Assembly (NCBI GenBank): GCA_963843975.1 | Contig: CAWJMG010000003.1 | Coordinates: 1,080,001-1,112,000 of the forward strand | Length of the DNA stretch: 32,000 nt | From: an uncultured Actinomycetes bacterium | Lineage (GTDB): Bacteria; Actinomycetota; Actinomycetes; S36-B12; CAIYMF01 | Direction of reading: 5' to 3' | Shown here: in pieces, positions 1 through 8,336 of the stretch | How the letters are laid out: the number at the start of each line of letters is the position of its first letter | Position numbering within the stretch: position 1 is the stretch's first letter | Program-made: the position numbers and the translations under genes | The notes under the pieces: generated by a model | Seen by the model: only the letters and a program-made list of their open reading frames with translations | Database searches by the model: none | What the model was told of the DNA's origin: nothing

Positions 1-728
1 TCAAGCTGGAGGCCGCCGGCGTGCCGCTGCGTCCCGCGGAGTGGCTGCTGATCCACATCGGCGTCGCCGTGGCGCTCGCCGTCCTCTTCACGCTGCTGTC
101 GGGCTTCAACATCATCGCCACGTTCATCGGCCTCGTGATCGGGCTGCTCCTGCCCTATGCGTACATCGCGATCAAGGACGAGCGCCGCAAGGCCCGGTTC
201 GCCGCGCAGCTGCCCGACACCCTGCAACTCCTCTCGGGCTCGCTGGCAGCCGGATACTCGCTGCCGCAGGCGATCGACACCGTGGTCCGCGAGTCCGACG
301 GCCCGATGGCTGCCGAGCTCAACCGCGCGATCGTCGAGGCCCGCCTCGGCGTCCCGATCGAGGACGCGCTCGACACCGTCGCGCGCCGCATGAACTCGGT
401 CGACTTCGCCTGGGTCGTCATGGCCATCCGCATCCAGCGGGAGGTGGGCGGCAACCTCGCCGAGGTGCTGAGCAGCGTCGCCGCCACCATGCGCGAGCGC
501 GAGCGGCTCCGCCGGCAGGTGGACGTGCTCTCCGCCGAGGGTCGCCTCTCGGCCGTCATCCTCACGCTGCTGCCGATCCTGTTCATCGTGTACCTGGTCA
601 TCGCACGCCCGGAATACCTGAGCGTGCTCTACCAGACGCCGATCGGCCTGCTGATGATCGTGGTCGGCATCATCCTGCTGATCGGTGGCTCGTTCTGGCT
701 GCGCAAGGTCGTCAAGGTGGAGGTCTGA
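1..728 (+). CDS. tadB: Tad/Flp pilus assembly inner-membrane protein TadB (type II secretion system F family); 5' end cut by window edge
   Basis: The frame of ORF 21..728 stays open back to base 3 (..KLEAAG precedes the first GTG), so the gene starts upstream of the window. It has the T2SS-F/TadB signature LPDTLQLLSGSLAAGYSLPQAI, hydrophobic terminal helices and high GC3. tadC starts 1 nt after its stop. Confidence 0.8.
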   Translation, partial: KLEAAGVPLRPAEWLLIHIGVAVALAVLFTLLSGFNIIATFIGLVIGLLLPYAYIAIKDERRKARFAAQLPDTLQLLSGSLAAGYSLPQAIDTVVRESDGPMAAELNRAIVEARLGVPIEDALDTVARRMNSVDFAWVVMAIRIQREVGGNLAEVLSSVAATMRERERLRRQVDVLSAEGRLSAVILTLLPILFIVYLVIARPEYLSVLYQTPIGLLMIVVGIILLIGGSFWLRKVVKVEV

Positions 729-729
729 C

Positions 730-1659
730 ATGAGCTCCGTCTTCCTCTGGGCCGGTCTCGCGGCCGTGTTCTTCGGGATCATCGGCGTCTTCTTCGCCTT
801 CGCCGGCAGGAGCGAGCCGACGGGTGTCGCACGATCGCTCGCGGCGGTCGAGGCCATCAAGGCGGCGCCCGCGGGCATGCGCCAGGACCTCGACCGTCCG
901 TTCGGCGAGCGCGTCGGCGAGCCGTTCTTCAACTGGCTCACCCGTCTCGGCCGCCGCTTCACCCCGAGCGACCAGACCGCGCGCATGCGTCGCAAGCTCG
1001 ACCTCGCGGGCAACCCGCCCGGGTGGGACAGCGACCGCATCGTGGCGTTCAAGATGCTCGGCCTGATCGTGGGCGGCTCGCTCGGCGTCGTGCTGCCGCT
1101 GCTCGCGGGCAGCGTCCTGTGGGCGATCATCCTCGGCATCGGCCTCGCCGTGCTCGGGTTCTACGCCCCGAACATCATCCTGTACCAGGCTGCGTACAAC
1201 CGGTCCGAGCGCATCCTCAAGGAGCTGCCGGACGCGCTCGACCTCCTGGTCATCTCCGTGGAGTCCGGCCTCGGGTTCGACGCCGCGCTCTCCCAGGTGG
1301 CCCGCAACACCCAGGGCCCGCTCGCGGACGAGTTCTTCCGCGTGCTGCAGGAGATGCAGCTCGGCACCTCGCGCTCGGACTCCATGCGGGCCCTCGCCGA
1401 CCGCACCGACGTCTCGGACCTGCGCGGCTTCATCACCGCGATGGTGCAGGCCGACTCCTTCGGAATCCCGGTCGCGAACGTGCTGCGCATCCAGGCCCGC
1501 GAGATGCGCACCCGACGCTCGCAGCGTGCCGAGGAGTCGGCTCAGAAGGTGCCGGTGAAGATCCTGTTCCCGCTGATCTTCTGCATCCTTCCGGTCCTCT
1601 TCATCGCGATCCTCGGCCCCGCCGTCATCCAGATCGCGAACGCCTTCAGCGGCGTGTAG
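730..1659 (+). CDS. tadC: Tad/Flp pilus assembly inner-membrane protein TadC (type II secretion system F family)
   Basis: ATG at 730 is in frame within ORF 685..1659 and gives the N-terminus MSSVFLWAGLAAVFFGIIGVFF (TM helix). It carries the T2SS-F repeat LPDALDLLVISVESGLGFDAAL and C-terminal TM helices (ILFPLIFCILPVLFIAILGP), and is tightly coupled to tadB. Confidence 0.85.
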   Translation: MSSVFLWAGLAAVFFGIIGVFFAFAGRSEPTGVARSLAAVEAIKAAPAGMRQDLDRPFGERVGEPFFNWLTRLGRRFTPSDQTARMRRKLDLAGNPPGWDSDRIVAFKMLGLIVGGSLGVVLPLLAGSVLWAIILGIGLAVLGFYAPNIILYQAAYNRSERILKELPDALDLLVISVESGLGFDAALSQVARNTQGPLADEFFRVLQEMQLGTSRSDSMRALADRTDVSDLRGFITAMVQADSFGIPVANVLRIQAREMRTRRSQRAEESAQKVPVKILFPLIFCILPVLFIAILGPAVIQIANAFSGV

Positions 1660-1662
1660 CCG

Positions 1663-2689
1663 CTACTCGACGTAGAGCCGGGCGTCGACAAGCTGCTCCT
1701 TCACGAGCTCGCCGCCGCGCTCGTAGCGCGCCTGCTCGAACCGCTTGCGGAACTCGAGGTCGATGCCCGCGAGCCCGCCGCGGTTCTTCTCGATCGAGAG
1801 CACGGCGAACTGGTGGAAGCGCTCGACGTTCGCCGCTCCGTAGACCAGGTGGTGCCGTGCGACGACGTCGTACTTCTCGTTGAGCACGAGGACGACGTCG
1901 GCCTCGTAGGCGAGGCTCGAGGCGCCGCGGAGGTTCTGCGTGCGCAGGCGCTTGCCGTCGCTGATGCCGGCGGCATCGCTCGCCGAGATCGCCATCACCG
2001 GGACGAGCGCCGTCAGCGCGAGGTCCTTGAGGCCCCCGGCCACGTGGGCCATGCGGCGCTCCTCGTCCGCAGCGCGCTCACCCTCCATCGAGATCTTCTG
2101 GACGTAGTCGACGACGACGAGAGGGCGCAGGCCGCCCGACGCCGTCACCGCCGCCACGGCGTCTGCGATGTCGGTGATCGAGGTGTCGATGCCGCCGCGG
2201 AGCACGTGCAGGCGCTCGAGGTCGATCGACACCGCGGCCAGCGCCTCGGCGCCTCCTGGGGTCTCGGCGAGCATGTCCGAGAGCGACTCCGACGTGCCGT
2301 CGCCCTCGAGGAGCGCACGCACCGATCGCAGGGGGACGGCGTCGACCCCGGCCCGCTCCCCCGCCTCCGCAGCGACGAGGCGCTCGAGGAGGTTGACCGA
2401 GTCGTGCTCGTACGACACGTAGAGCACGGCGTGGCCGGCGGCGATGACCTGACGGGCCACCTGCAGCGCGAACGTGGTCTTGCCCATGCCCTGCGGCCCG
2501 CCGAGGAGCGTGCAGCTCACCCGGTCGCAGGCCGCCGCTGAGGTACTGGTCGAGAGGCACGAAGCCCGTCGCCCACGGCGCGTGCGACGCGGCCTCGCCC
2601 CGGCGGAGCCGGGCGTCGGTCTCGTCGAGGACGTCGGAGAGACGGGAGAGCCGCCCCTCGAAGGTCGGGTCATCGGGCATGCGGCACAT
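1663..2689 (-). pseudogene. RecA-superfamily ATPase with DnaB C-terminal/KaiC-like domain; apparent +1 nt frameshift near 2510-2516
   Basis: The C-terminal ~285 codons lie in the frame of ORF 1663..2856: Walker A GGPQGMGKTTFALQ, Walker B LRPLVVVDYVQK, then VPVMAISA...LRGASSLAYEADVVLVL. The expected N-terminus (MPDDPTFEGRLSRLSDVLDETDARL..PWATGFVPLDQYLSGGLRPGEL) lies in the frame of ORF 2078..2755 and has high GC3. Removing one base at ~2513 joins them as ..GLRPGELTLLGGPQGMGKT. Start is ATG 2689 or 2680. Confidence 0.7.
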
Positions 2690-2794
2690 GCTGGCAGAGC
2701 GGCGGGCCGACCGCGGACGGTGGGCGGAACCCGTTCGGCGTGGCGACCGCCCCACCGCGCGGCGGACCGCCCCGATGTGCCACCGTCAGCACTG

Positions 2795-4414
2795 ATGAGC
2801 ACGAGCCTGCCCGGCCAGTCCCGATGGACGCCGGACCCGTCGGAGTCCACGAGCACTGTGGTCCGGTTCGGCGTGCTCGCCCTCGTGGGGCTCCTGTGCT
2901 ACCTCAACGGCCTCGCCGGCGCGACGGTGCCGGTGCGCGACCTCGCCCTCCTGGCGGGCATCGCGGTGCTCGCGAGCCTCCCGATGCCCCGCACCTGGAC
3001 GTGGCTGCGCTGGCGGCCCATCGTCGAGGCCGTGGCCGCCGGGGCGGTGATCGGGCTCGGGCAGCCGCTGGAGGCCTCCCTGCTTCCGTACCTCATCGTG
3101 CCGCCCCTGGCGGCGGGCCTCACCTCCGGCATCGCCTTCGCCCTGCTCGCGTCCGCACTGTCGGTCGCCGCGGTCGCCGGCGGCCGCGTCGCCGTGGGGG
3201 CGACCCTGACCGGCACGGGGTCGGTCACCGCGATCGCACCGTGGATCGGCATCGGCGTGGCGACGGGTGTCGTCGGCGGCTGGGCGCGGCGCGTGACGGC
3301 CCGAGAGCGCGCCGCCACGTCGACGTACGTCACCGCGCACGGTCTCCTCACCCGCCTGCGCGAGGTCGCCCGCGCGCTGCCGACCGGCCTGGACGAGGTG
3401 GCCCTCGCCCAGCAGGTGCTCACGGCGATGAACGACGAGGTCGAGTTCGAGCGAGGCGCCCTCTACGGCTCGGCCGGCGGCGGCGTCCTGATGCCCCTGG
3501 CGTACTTCGGGGCCGACCACATCGAGTGGGTCCCGGACATCGACGAGGGCGTCTGGGCGCGCGTGTGGGACTCCGGCAAGGCGCTGCAGCAGAGCGGCAC
3601 GTTCGGCGACCACGCCGCGGGCCACTCCGCGGTGCTCGCGCTCAGCCTCGGCGACCGGCGCGTCGGGCTCATCGGCATCGAGCGGGCCGGCGGCCCGTGG
3701 CCGCGCCGCGACATCGCGCGGGCGCAGCAGCTCGCCGACGAGGCCGCCCTGCGCATCGACACCGGCCAGCTCTTCAGCGAGGTTCGCGCGCTCGCCACGG
3801 TGGAGGAGCGCCGTCGCCTGGCCCGGGAGATCCACGACGGCGTCGCCCAGGAGGTCGCTGCCCTCGGCTTCGTGGTGGACGACCTCACCGCGCGCACGAC
3901 CGACCCGGAGGCCAAGGAGGACCTGCGCGGCCTCCGCGACGAGCTCACCCGCATCGTCAGCGAGCTGCGCCTGTCGATCTTCGACCTGCGCAGCGACGTC
4001 CAGCCCTCTGCGGGGCTCGGGGCAGCGCTCACCGGCTATGTCCGCAGCGTCGGCACGGGATCCGGCCTCACGGTCCACCTCGTGCTCGACGAGTCGCCGT
4101 ACCGCCTGCCCATCGAGGCGGAGACCGAGATCCTGCGAGTCGCCCAGGAGGCGATCACCAACGCCCGCAAGCACGCCCGGGCGCGCAACCTGTGGGTCAC
4201 CTGCCGCGTCGACCCGCCGCGGGCGTTCCTCCGGGTGGCCGACGACGGCCGCGGCATGGGGACGCCGCGGCCCGACTCCTTCGGTCTCGACGTCATGCGC
4301 GAGCGCACCTCGCGCCTGGGCGCGACCCTCACGATCCGTCAGCGCGTGGGCGGTGGCACCGTGGTCGAGGTGACCCTCGGCCAGGCGACCGACGCGCGCC
4401 GCACGACCTCGTAG
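2795..4414 (+). CDS. Membrane-bound sensor histidine kinase, NarL-partner type (multi-TM N-terminus, GAF-like middle, HisKA_3 + HATPase_c)
   Basis: ATG 2795 is in frame within ORF 2474..4414. The N-terminal ~200 aa are hydrophobic helices. The H-box is ERRRLAREIHDGVAQEVAALGF, the N-box ILRVAQEAITNARKHA, and the G-boxes VADDGRGMG and FGLDVMRERTSRLGATL. A cognate regulator gene follows 79 nt downstream. Confidence 0.85.
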   Translation: MSTSLPGQSRWTPDPSESTSTVVRFGVLALVGLLCYLNGLAGATVPVRDLALLAGIAVLASLPMPRTWTWLRWRPIVEAVAAGAVIGLGQPLEASLLPYLIVPPLAAGLTSGIAFALLASALSVAAVAGGRVAVGATLTGTGSVTAIAPWIGIGVATGVVGGWARRVTARERAATSTYVTAHGLLTRLREVARALPTGLDEVALAQQVLTAMNDEVEFERGALYGSAGGGVLMPLAYFGADHIEWVPDIDEGVWARVWDSGKALQQSGTFGDHAAGHSAVLALSLGDRRVGLIGIERAGGPWPRRDIARAQQLADEAALRIDTGQLFSEVRALATVEERRRLAREIHDGVAQEVAALGFVVDDLTARTTDPEAKEDLRGLRDELTRIVSELRLSIFDLRSDVQPSAGLGAALTGYVRSVGTGSGLTVHLVLDESPYRLPIEAETEILRVAQEAITNARKHARARNLWVTCRVDPPRAFLRVADDGRGMGTPRPDSFGLDVMRERTSRLGATLTIRQRVGGGTVVEVTLGQATDARRTTS

Positions 4415-4493
4415 ACGCCACGCGCACCGGTCCCGCGCTTGCTGGCCCGCCTGCGTGACATGATCGGTCCACCGTTCAAGGGGGCACGACTTC

Positions 4494-5135
4494 ATGGCCA
4501 TCAGCGTCCTTCTCGTGGACGACCACGAGCTCATCCGCCAGGGCTTGCGCCGCGCGTTCGAGCGCGACGGCGACTTCACCGTCGCAGGCGAGGCGGGGTC
4601 GCTCGCCGACGCCCGTCGGCTCATCGCGCTCATGCAGCCCGACGTCGTGATCCTCGACGTGCGCCTGCCCGACGGAAACGGCATCGAGGCCTGCCGGGTG
4701 CTGCGCAACGACGACCCCGAGCTCGGCATCGTCATCCTCACCATGTACGCCGGCGACGACACGCTGTTCGACGCGCTCGAGGCCGGCGCCTCGGCGTTCG
4801 TGCCCAAGAACGCGCCGTCCGAGGACGTCGTGGCTGCCGCCCGGCACGCCGCGAGCGCCCCCCGGTCGTTCACCTCGGCGGACCTCAACGAGGCCATGCG
4901 CCGCAAGATGTCGCCCACCGGCCCTCAGCTCTCGCCGCGCGAGCGCGAGGTGCTGGGACTGCTCGCCGACGGGCTCGGCGTCGCGCAGATCAGCAGGCAG
5001 CTGTTCATCAGCGAGTCGACCACCAAGACCCACATCAGCAAGCTCTACGACAAGCTCGGCGCGGGCAACCGCGCCCAGGCGCTCATGACGGCGCTGCGGC
5101 TCGGCCTGCTCAAGCGCGACGAGCCGGGGCTCTAG
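4494..5135 (+). CDS. Two-component response regulator, NarL/LuxR family
   Basis: The receiver domain reads VLLVDDHELIRQGL..PDVVILDVRLPDGNG..ILTMY. The C-terminal LuxR HTH reads LSPREREVLGLLADGLGVAQISRQLFISESTTKTHISKLYDKLG. Confidence 0.9.
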   Translation: MAISVLLVDDHELIRQGLRRAFERDGDFTVAGEAGSLADARRLIALMQPDVVILDVRLPDGNGIEACRVLRNDDPELGIVILTMYAGDDTLFDALEAGASAFVPKNAPSEDVVAAARHAASAPRSFTSADLNEAMRRKMSPTGPQLSPREREVLGLLADGLGVAQISRQLFISESTTKTHISKLYDKLGAGNRAQALMTALRLGLLKRDEPGL

Positions 5136-5348
5136 CCCTCCGAACGGGTGCCCGACCGGTACCCACAGCCCGTGACCGGCTACGCGGGCCCCGTTCGTTG
5201 GTTCCAATGGGTGACCGGTCAGTCACGAATCGTCCGAACGTCCGACCCCCATCCGGCTTGACGAGGGAGTTGGCGGTCACGCTCCGCTGCCATAGTTGAG
5301 TCACTGCCCCGGACATCGGGGGAACCGCGTAACTGGAGGGGCACTCCC

Positions 5349-5534
5349 ATGATCACTCGAATCCGCACCACGCTTCGCCGCGACGAGGGCGCCTCGGCCG
5401 TGGAGTACGGCCTGCTCGTGGCCGCCATCGCCGCGATCATCGTCGCCGTCGTCTTCCTGCTCGGCAACCGCGTGAACAGCGCGTTCAGCAAGACCAACTC
5501 CTGCATCTCCGCGCAGGGCTCGGGCACCTGCTGA
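5349..5534 (+). CDS. flp: Flp family type IVb prepilin
   Basis: This 61-aa ORF has the Flp motif ..RRDEG/ASAVEYGLLVAAIAAIIVAVVF (predicted cleavage after G). A GGAGGGG Shine-Dalgarno lies just upstream of the ATG and a strong hairpin follows the stop. Confidence 0.85.
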   Translation: MITRIRTTLRRDEGASAVEYGLLVAAIAAIIVAVVFLLGNRVNSAFSKTNSCISAQGSGTC

Positions 5535-5550
5535 CGACCGCGTGACCACC

Positions 5551-5586
5551 GAGGGGGTCGCCGGGCTCACGCCCGGCGGCCCCCTC
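5551..5586 (+). terminator. Stem-loop (factor-independent terminator candidate, no U-tract) after flp
   Basis: The arms are GAGGGGGTCGCCGGGC (5551-5566) and GCCCGGCGGCCCCCTC (5571-5586), giving 16 bp with one G-U pair and loop TCAC. It starts 17 nt after the flp stop. Confidence 0.55.
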
Positions 5587-5648
5587 GATCATGTCCAGGT
5601 GCCTCCGCACGGAGGGACCGCGCAGCACCGCACGAGGGGGTACGCAGC

Positions 5649-7142
5649 ATGAGCGCCAGCGACGTCGTCGTCGACGAGCCGGCCGACGCACCGCGCGCTG
5701 CGGCGCGCCCTGCGCCGTTCCTGCTGCTCGCCGCCGTCGCGGCGCTGCTCGTGCCGATCCGCTCGGCGGCGCGACCGCTGGACGACATCGATCTCTACTG
5801 GCACATCCTCATCGGCCGGGAGATCCTCGACGGCACGCCCGTGACCGAGGCCGGCCGCGGCTGGTCGTTCGCACCGGTGCCCGACACGTGGGTCAGCACC
5901 CAGTGGCTGGCCGAGGTGCTCTTCGCCTGGATGCACGACACGTTCGGGTTCAGCTCGCTCGTCGTCTACCGCACCGTGACGACGATCCTCGCTCTGCTGG
6001 TCCTCGCCGCCGTGACCCTGTACCGGCGGCCCGCGCGAGCGGCGGCCTGGCCGTTCGCGCTCGGCGGTCTCGCGCTCGCCATGACGAGCCAGGACCGCAG
6101 CCAGCAGCTCACCTACATCCTCGCCCCGCTGGTGGGCTGGTGGGGCCTTCGCCTGTGGCGCGACGGCCGCCTCCCCCGCTGGTGGGTGGTGCTGCCGCTC
6201 GTCGTCGTGTGGGCCAACGTCCACGGCGGCTGGGTGCTGCTCCCGATCATGCTCGTCGTCGCCGCCGTCGCCTGGGTGCTCGACCACGGCCTGCGCGAGC
6301 CGCGCCTGGTCCTGCGGGCTCTGCTGCTCGCGATCGCCACGGGCCTCGCGGCCATGGTGTCGCCGTCGGGCATCGACAACGTGCTGGCCGCCCGACGCTT
6401 CAGCGAGAGCACCGCGGCCATCGCCGAGTGGGGCGCCGTACGCACCGTCGACTGGCAGTCCCTGGCGATCGGCCTGCTGACCCTGACCGTGGTCGTGGCG
6501 TGGGCCCGCGGCAGGCAGGGGCCGACCCGGGGCGAGGTCGTGCTCGTGCTGGTGCTGCTCGTCTTCGGCTACTCCGCCTGGCGGTCCTCGACCCCGGCGG
6601 TGCTCATGCTCGCGCCGATCGTGGTGGGCACGATGGCCCGCGCCATCGGTGACGACGACCCGCTGCCGGCCGGCACCCGGCAGCCGTTGGCACGGGTGTC
6701 GGCAGGGATCGCCGCAGTCGGCGTCGCCCTGAGCCTCGTCCTGGCCGTCACCCAGACGCCCGCCGTCGACCCCGACATCCCGCAGGCGCTGCTGACGAAG
6801 GTGCGCGACAACCCGCAGCCGCAGCGGGTCCTCAACACCTACAACATCTCCGGGCCCCTGCTGTTCTTCGGCGGCCCACCCCCGCACGTCCTCGTCGCCA
6901 TCGACGGCCGTGCCGACCGCTACGGCGGCGAGTACATCGGGGAGTACACCGACACGCTCATGTACGCGCGCCCCGGCTGGGAGGACATGGTCGACGACCT
7001 CGACCCCACAGCGGCCGTGCTGCGCATCGACGAGCCTCTGGCTGGTGCCCTCGTGGCGCAGCGCGGATGGACCGAGGTGGCGCGCGAGGGCAACACCCTC
7101 ATCCTCGCCGCCCCGGGCTCCACCGGGTGGCCCGCGGGCTGA
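5649..7142 (+). CDS. Polytopic integral membrane protein with C-terminal soluble domain; possible GT-C-fold glycosyltransferase (function uncertain)
   Basis: This 497-aa ORF has a GAGGGGG SD about 8 nt upstream of ATG 5649. It has roughly ten hydrophobic segments and an acidic motif PLDDIDLYWHILIGREIL directly after the first helix. The C-terminal ~130 aa are non-hydrophobic (RVLNTYNISGPLLFFGG..VAIDGRADRYGGEYIGEY). GC3 is high throughout. Confidence 0.8.
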   Translation: MSASDVVVDEPADAPRAAARPAPFLLLAAVAALLVPIRSAARPLDDIDLYWHILIGREILDGTPVTEAGRGWSFAPVPDTWVSTQWLAEVLFAWMHDTFGFSSLVVYRTVTTILALLVLAAVTLYRRPARAAAWPFALGGLALAMTSQDRSQQLTYILAPLVGWWGLRLWRDGRLPRWWVVLPLVVVWANVHGGWVLLPIMLVVAAVAWVLDHGLREPRLVLRALLLAIATGLAAMVSPSGIDNVLAARRFSESTAAIAEWGAVRTVDWQSLAIGLLTLTVVVAWARGRQGPTRGEVVLVLVLLVFGYSAWRSSTPAVLMLAPIVVGTMARAIGDDDPLPAGTRQPLARVSAGIAAVGVALSLVLAVTQTPAVDPDIPQALLTKVRDNPQPQRVLNTYNISGPLLFFGGPPPHVLVAIDGRADRYGGEYIGEYTDTLMYARPGWEDMVDDLDPTAAVLRIDEPLAGALVAQRGWTEVAREGNTLILAAPGSTGWPAG

Positions 7143-7148
7143 GCCCCG

Positions 7149-8324
7149 TCAGGCGGGGCGGAGGTCCGGTACGCCGCCGGCGCCGTGCTCAACCGCCCAG
7201 GCCCGGGCGGCCGCGATGCGCTCGGGCGAGGTCGGGTGCGTTCCGAACCACAGGTGCAGCAGGCGCACGGGCCGCAGCGGCGCGAGGTTGGTGACCGCGA
7301 GCGAGCGGTGCATCGACGCGACCGTCACGGGGTCGCGCGCGAGGTCGAGGGCGAAGGCGTCGGCCCGGCGCTCGACCCGTCGGGACACCGCGCTCTGGAC
7401 CGGCGCGGTGAGAAGCCCGGCCCAGGCGCCGAGCGCCAGCAGCAGCGCGACGACGCCGGGGTCGGCCGGACCGGTGGCGTGCGCAGCGTCCAGCAGCGGC
7501 GTCCAGGTGGTGAGCACGGCGGCCACGAGCACTCCGGCCGCTGCCCCCGCGGCGCCGAGGAGGGTGCCGGTGCGGACGTCGTGCGCCACGACGTGCCCGA
7601 GCTCGTGAGCGACGACCGCCGCAGCCTCGGCGTCCCGACCGCGATCCAGCAGGGTGTCGTGCACCACCACGCGCCGGGTCGGACCGAGCCCGGAGACGTA
7701 CGCGTTGAGGGCTGTCGTGCGCCGCGACGCGTCGGCGACGAGGACGTCGCGGACGGGGACGCCCGCCTCGGCGGCGAGGGCGAGCAGGCGGTCGCGGAGC
7801 TCGCCGTCGGGCAGCGGCTCGAACCGCGCGAACAGGGGCTCGACCACGACCGGCACGACGAACGACAGGACCACGACCACGACCGCCACGCCCGCCGCCA
7901 GGACGAGCCACCACCGGTCGAGGGCTGCGGCGGCGGCGACCCACGCCAGCGCCGCGGCGGAGGTCAGCACCCAGCCGAGCACGAAGGACACCGCGACGTC
8001 GCGCCACCAGCGGCTCCAGCTGCCGGCCGCGAGCCCGACCCGCAGCGACTCGCGCCGGACGGCCACCGCTCCGGGCAGGGTGACGGCACGGCCGCTCAGC
8101 AGCACGAGGGTGACGACCGCGAGGACCGCGGACCAGTCTGCGCCGGCTCGGCCGGCGACGGCGCCCGCAGCCCCCGTGCCGGCGAGAACGGTGGGGACGA
8201 GGACGCCGAGCGCGATCCCCGCGAGGCCCCACGGCCGGACCCGCCGTCGGAAGGCCCGCTCACGTCGCTGCTCCTCGGTCGTGAAGTCGCGGTCGACGTC
8301 GACGGGGGGCTGCGGCATGGCCAC
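7149..8324 (-). CDS. M48 family zinc metalloprotease (Ste24/HtpX-like), membrane-bound
   Basis: The zinc motif is VVAHELGHVVAHD, with multiple N-terminal TM helices. The C-terminal part reads VSRRVERRADAFALDL..LWFGTHPTSPERI, typical of M48. Its start lies 12 nt after the stop of the upstream gene on the same strand. Confidence 0.85.
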   Translation of the reverse strand: MAMPQPPVDVDRDFTTEEQRRERAFRRRVRPWGLAGIALGVLVPTVLAGTGAAGAVAGRAGADWSAVLAVVTLVLLSGRAVTLPGAVAVRRESLRVGLAAGSWSRWWRDVAVSFVLGWVLTSAAALAWVAAAAALDRWWLVLAAGVAVVVVVLSFVVPVVVEPLFARFEPLPDGELRDRLLALAAEAGVPVRDVLVADASRRTTALNAYVSGLGPTRRVVVHDTLLDRGRDAEAAAVVAHELGHVVAHDVRTGTLLGAAGAAAGVLVAAVLTTWTPLLDAAHATGPADPGVVALLLALGAWAGLLTAPVQSAVSRRVERRADAFALDLARDPVTVASMHRSLAVTNLAPLRPVRLLHLWFGTHPTSPERIAAARAWAVEHGAGGVPDLRPA

Positions 8325-8336
8325 GATGGTGCCCGA

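Noticed and set aside
2786-4918. 710-aa ORF on the minus strand, antisense to the histidine kinase and response regulator
   Set aside because: The translation is Arg/Gly/Ala-rich low-complexity sequence with no motifs. It is the mirror frame of two clearly real plus-strand genes, a typical high-GC shadow ORF.
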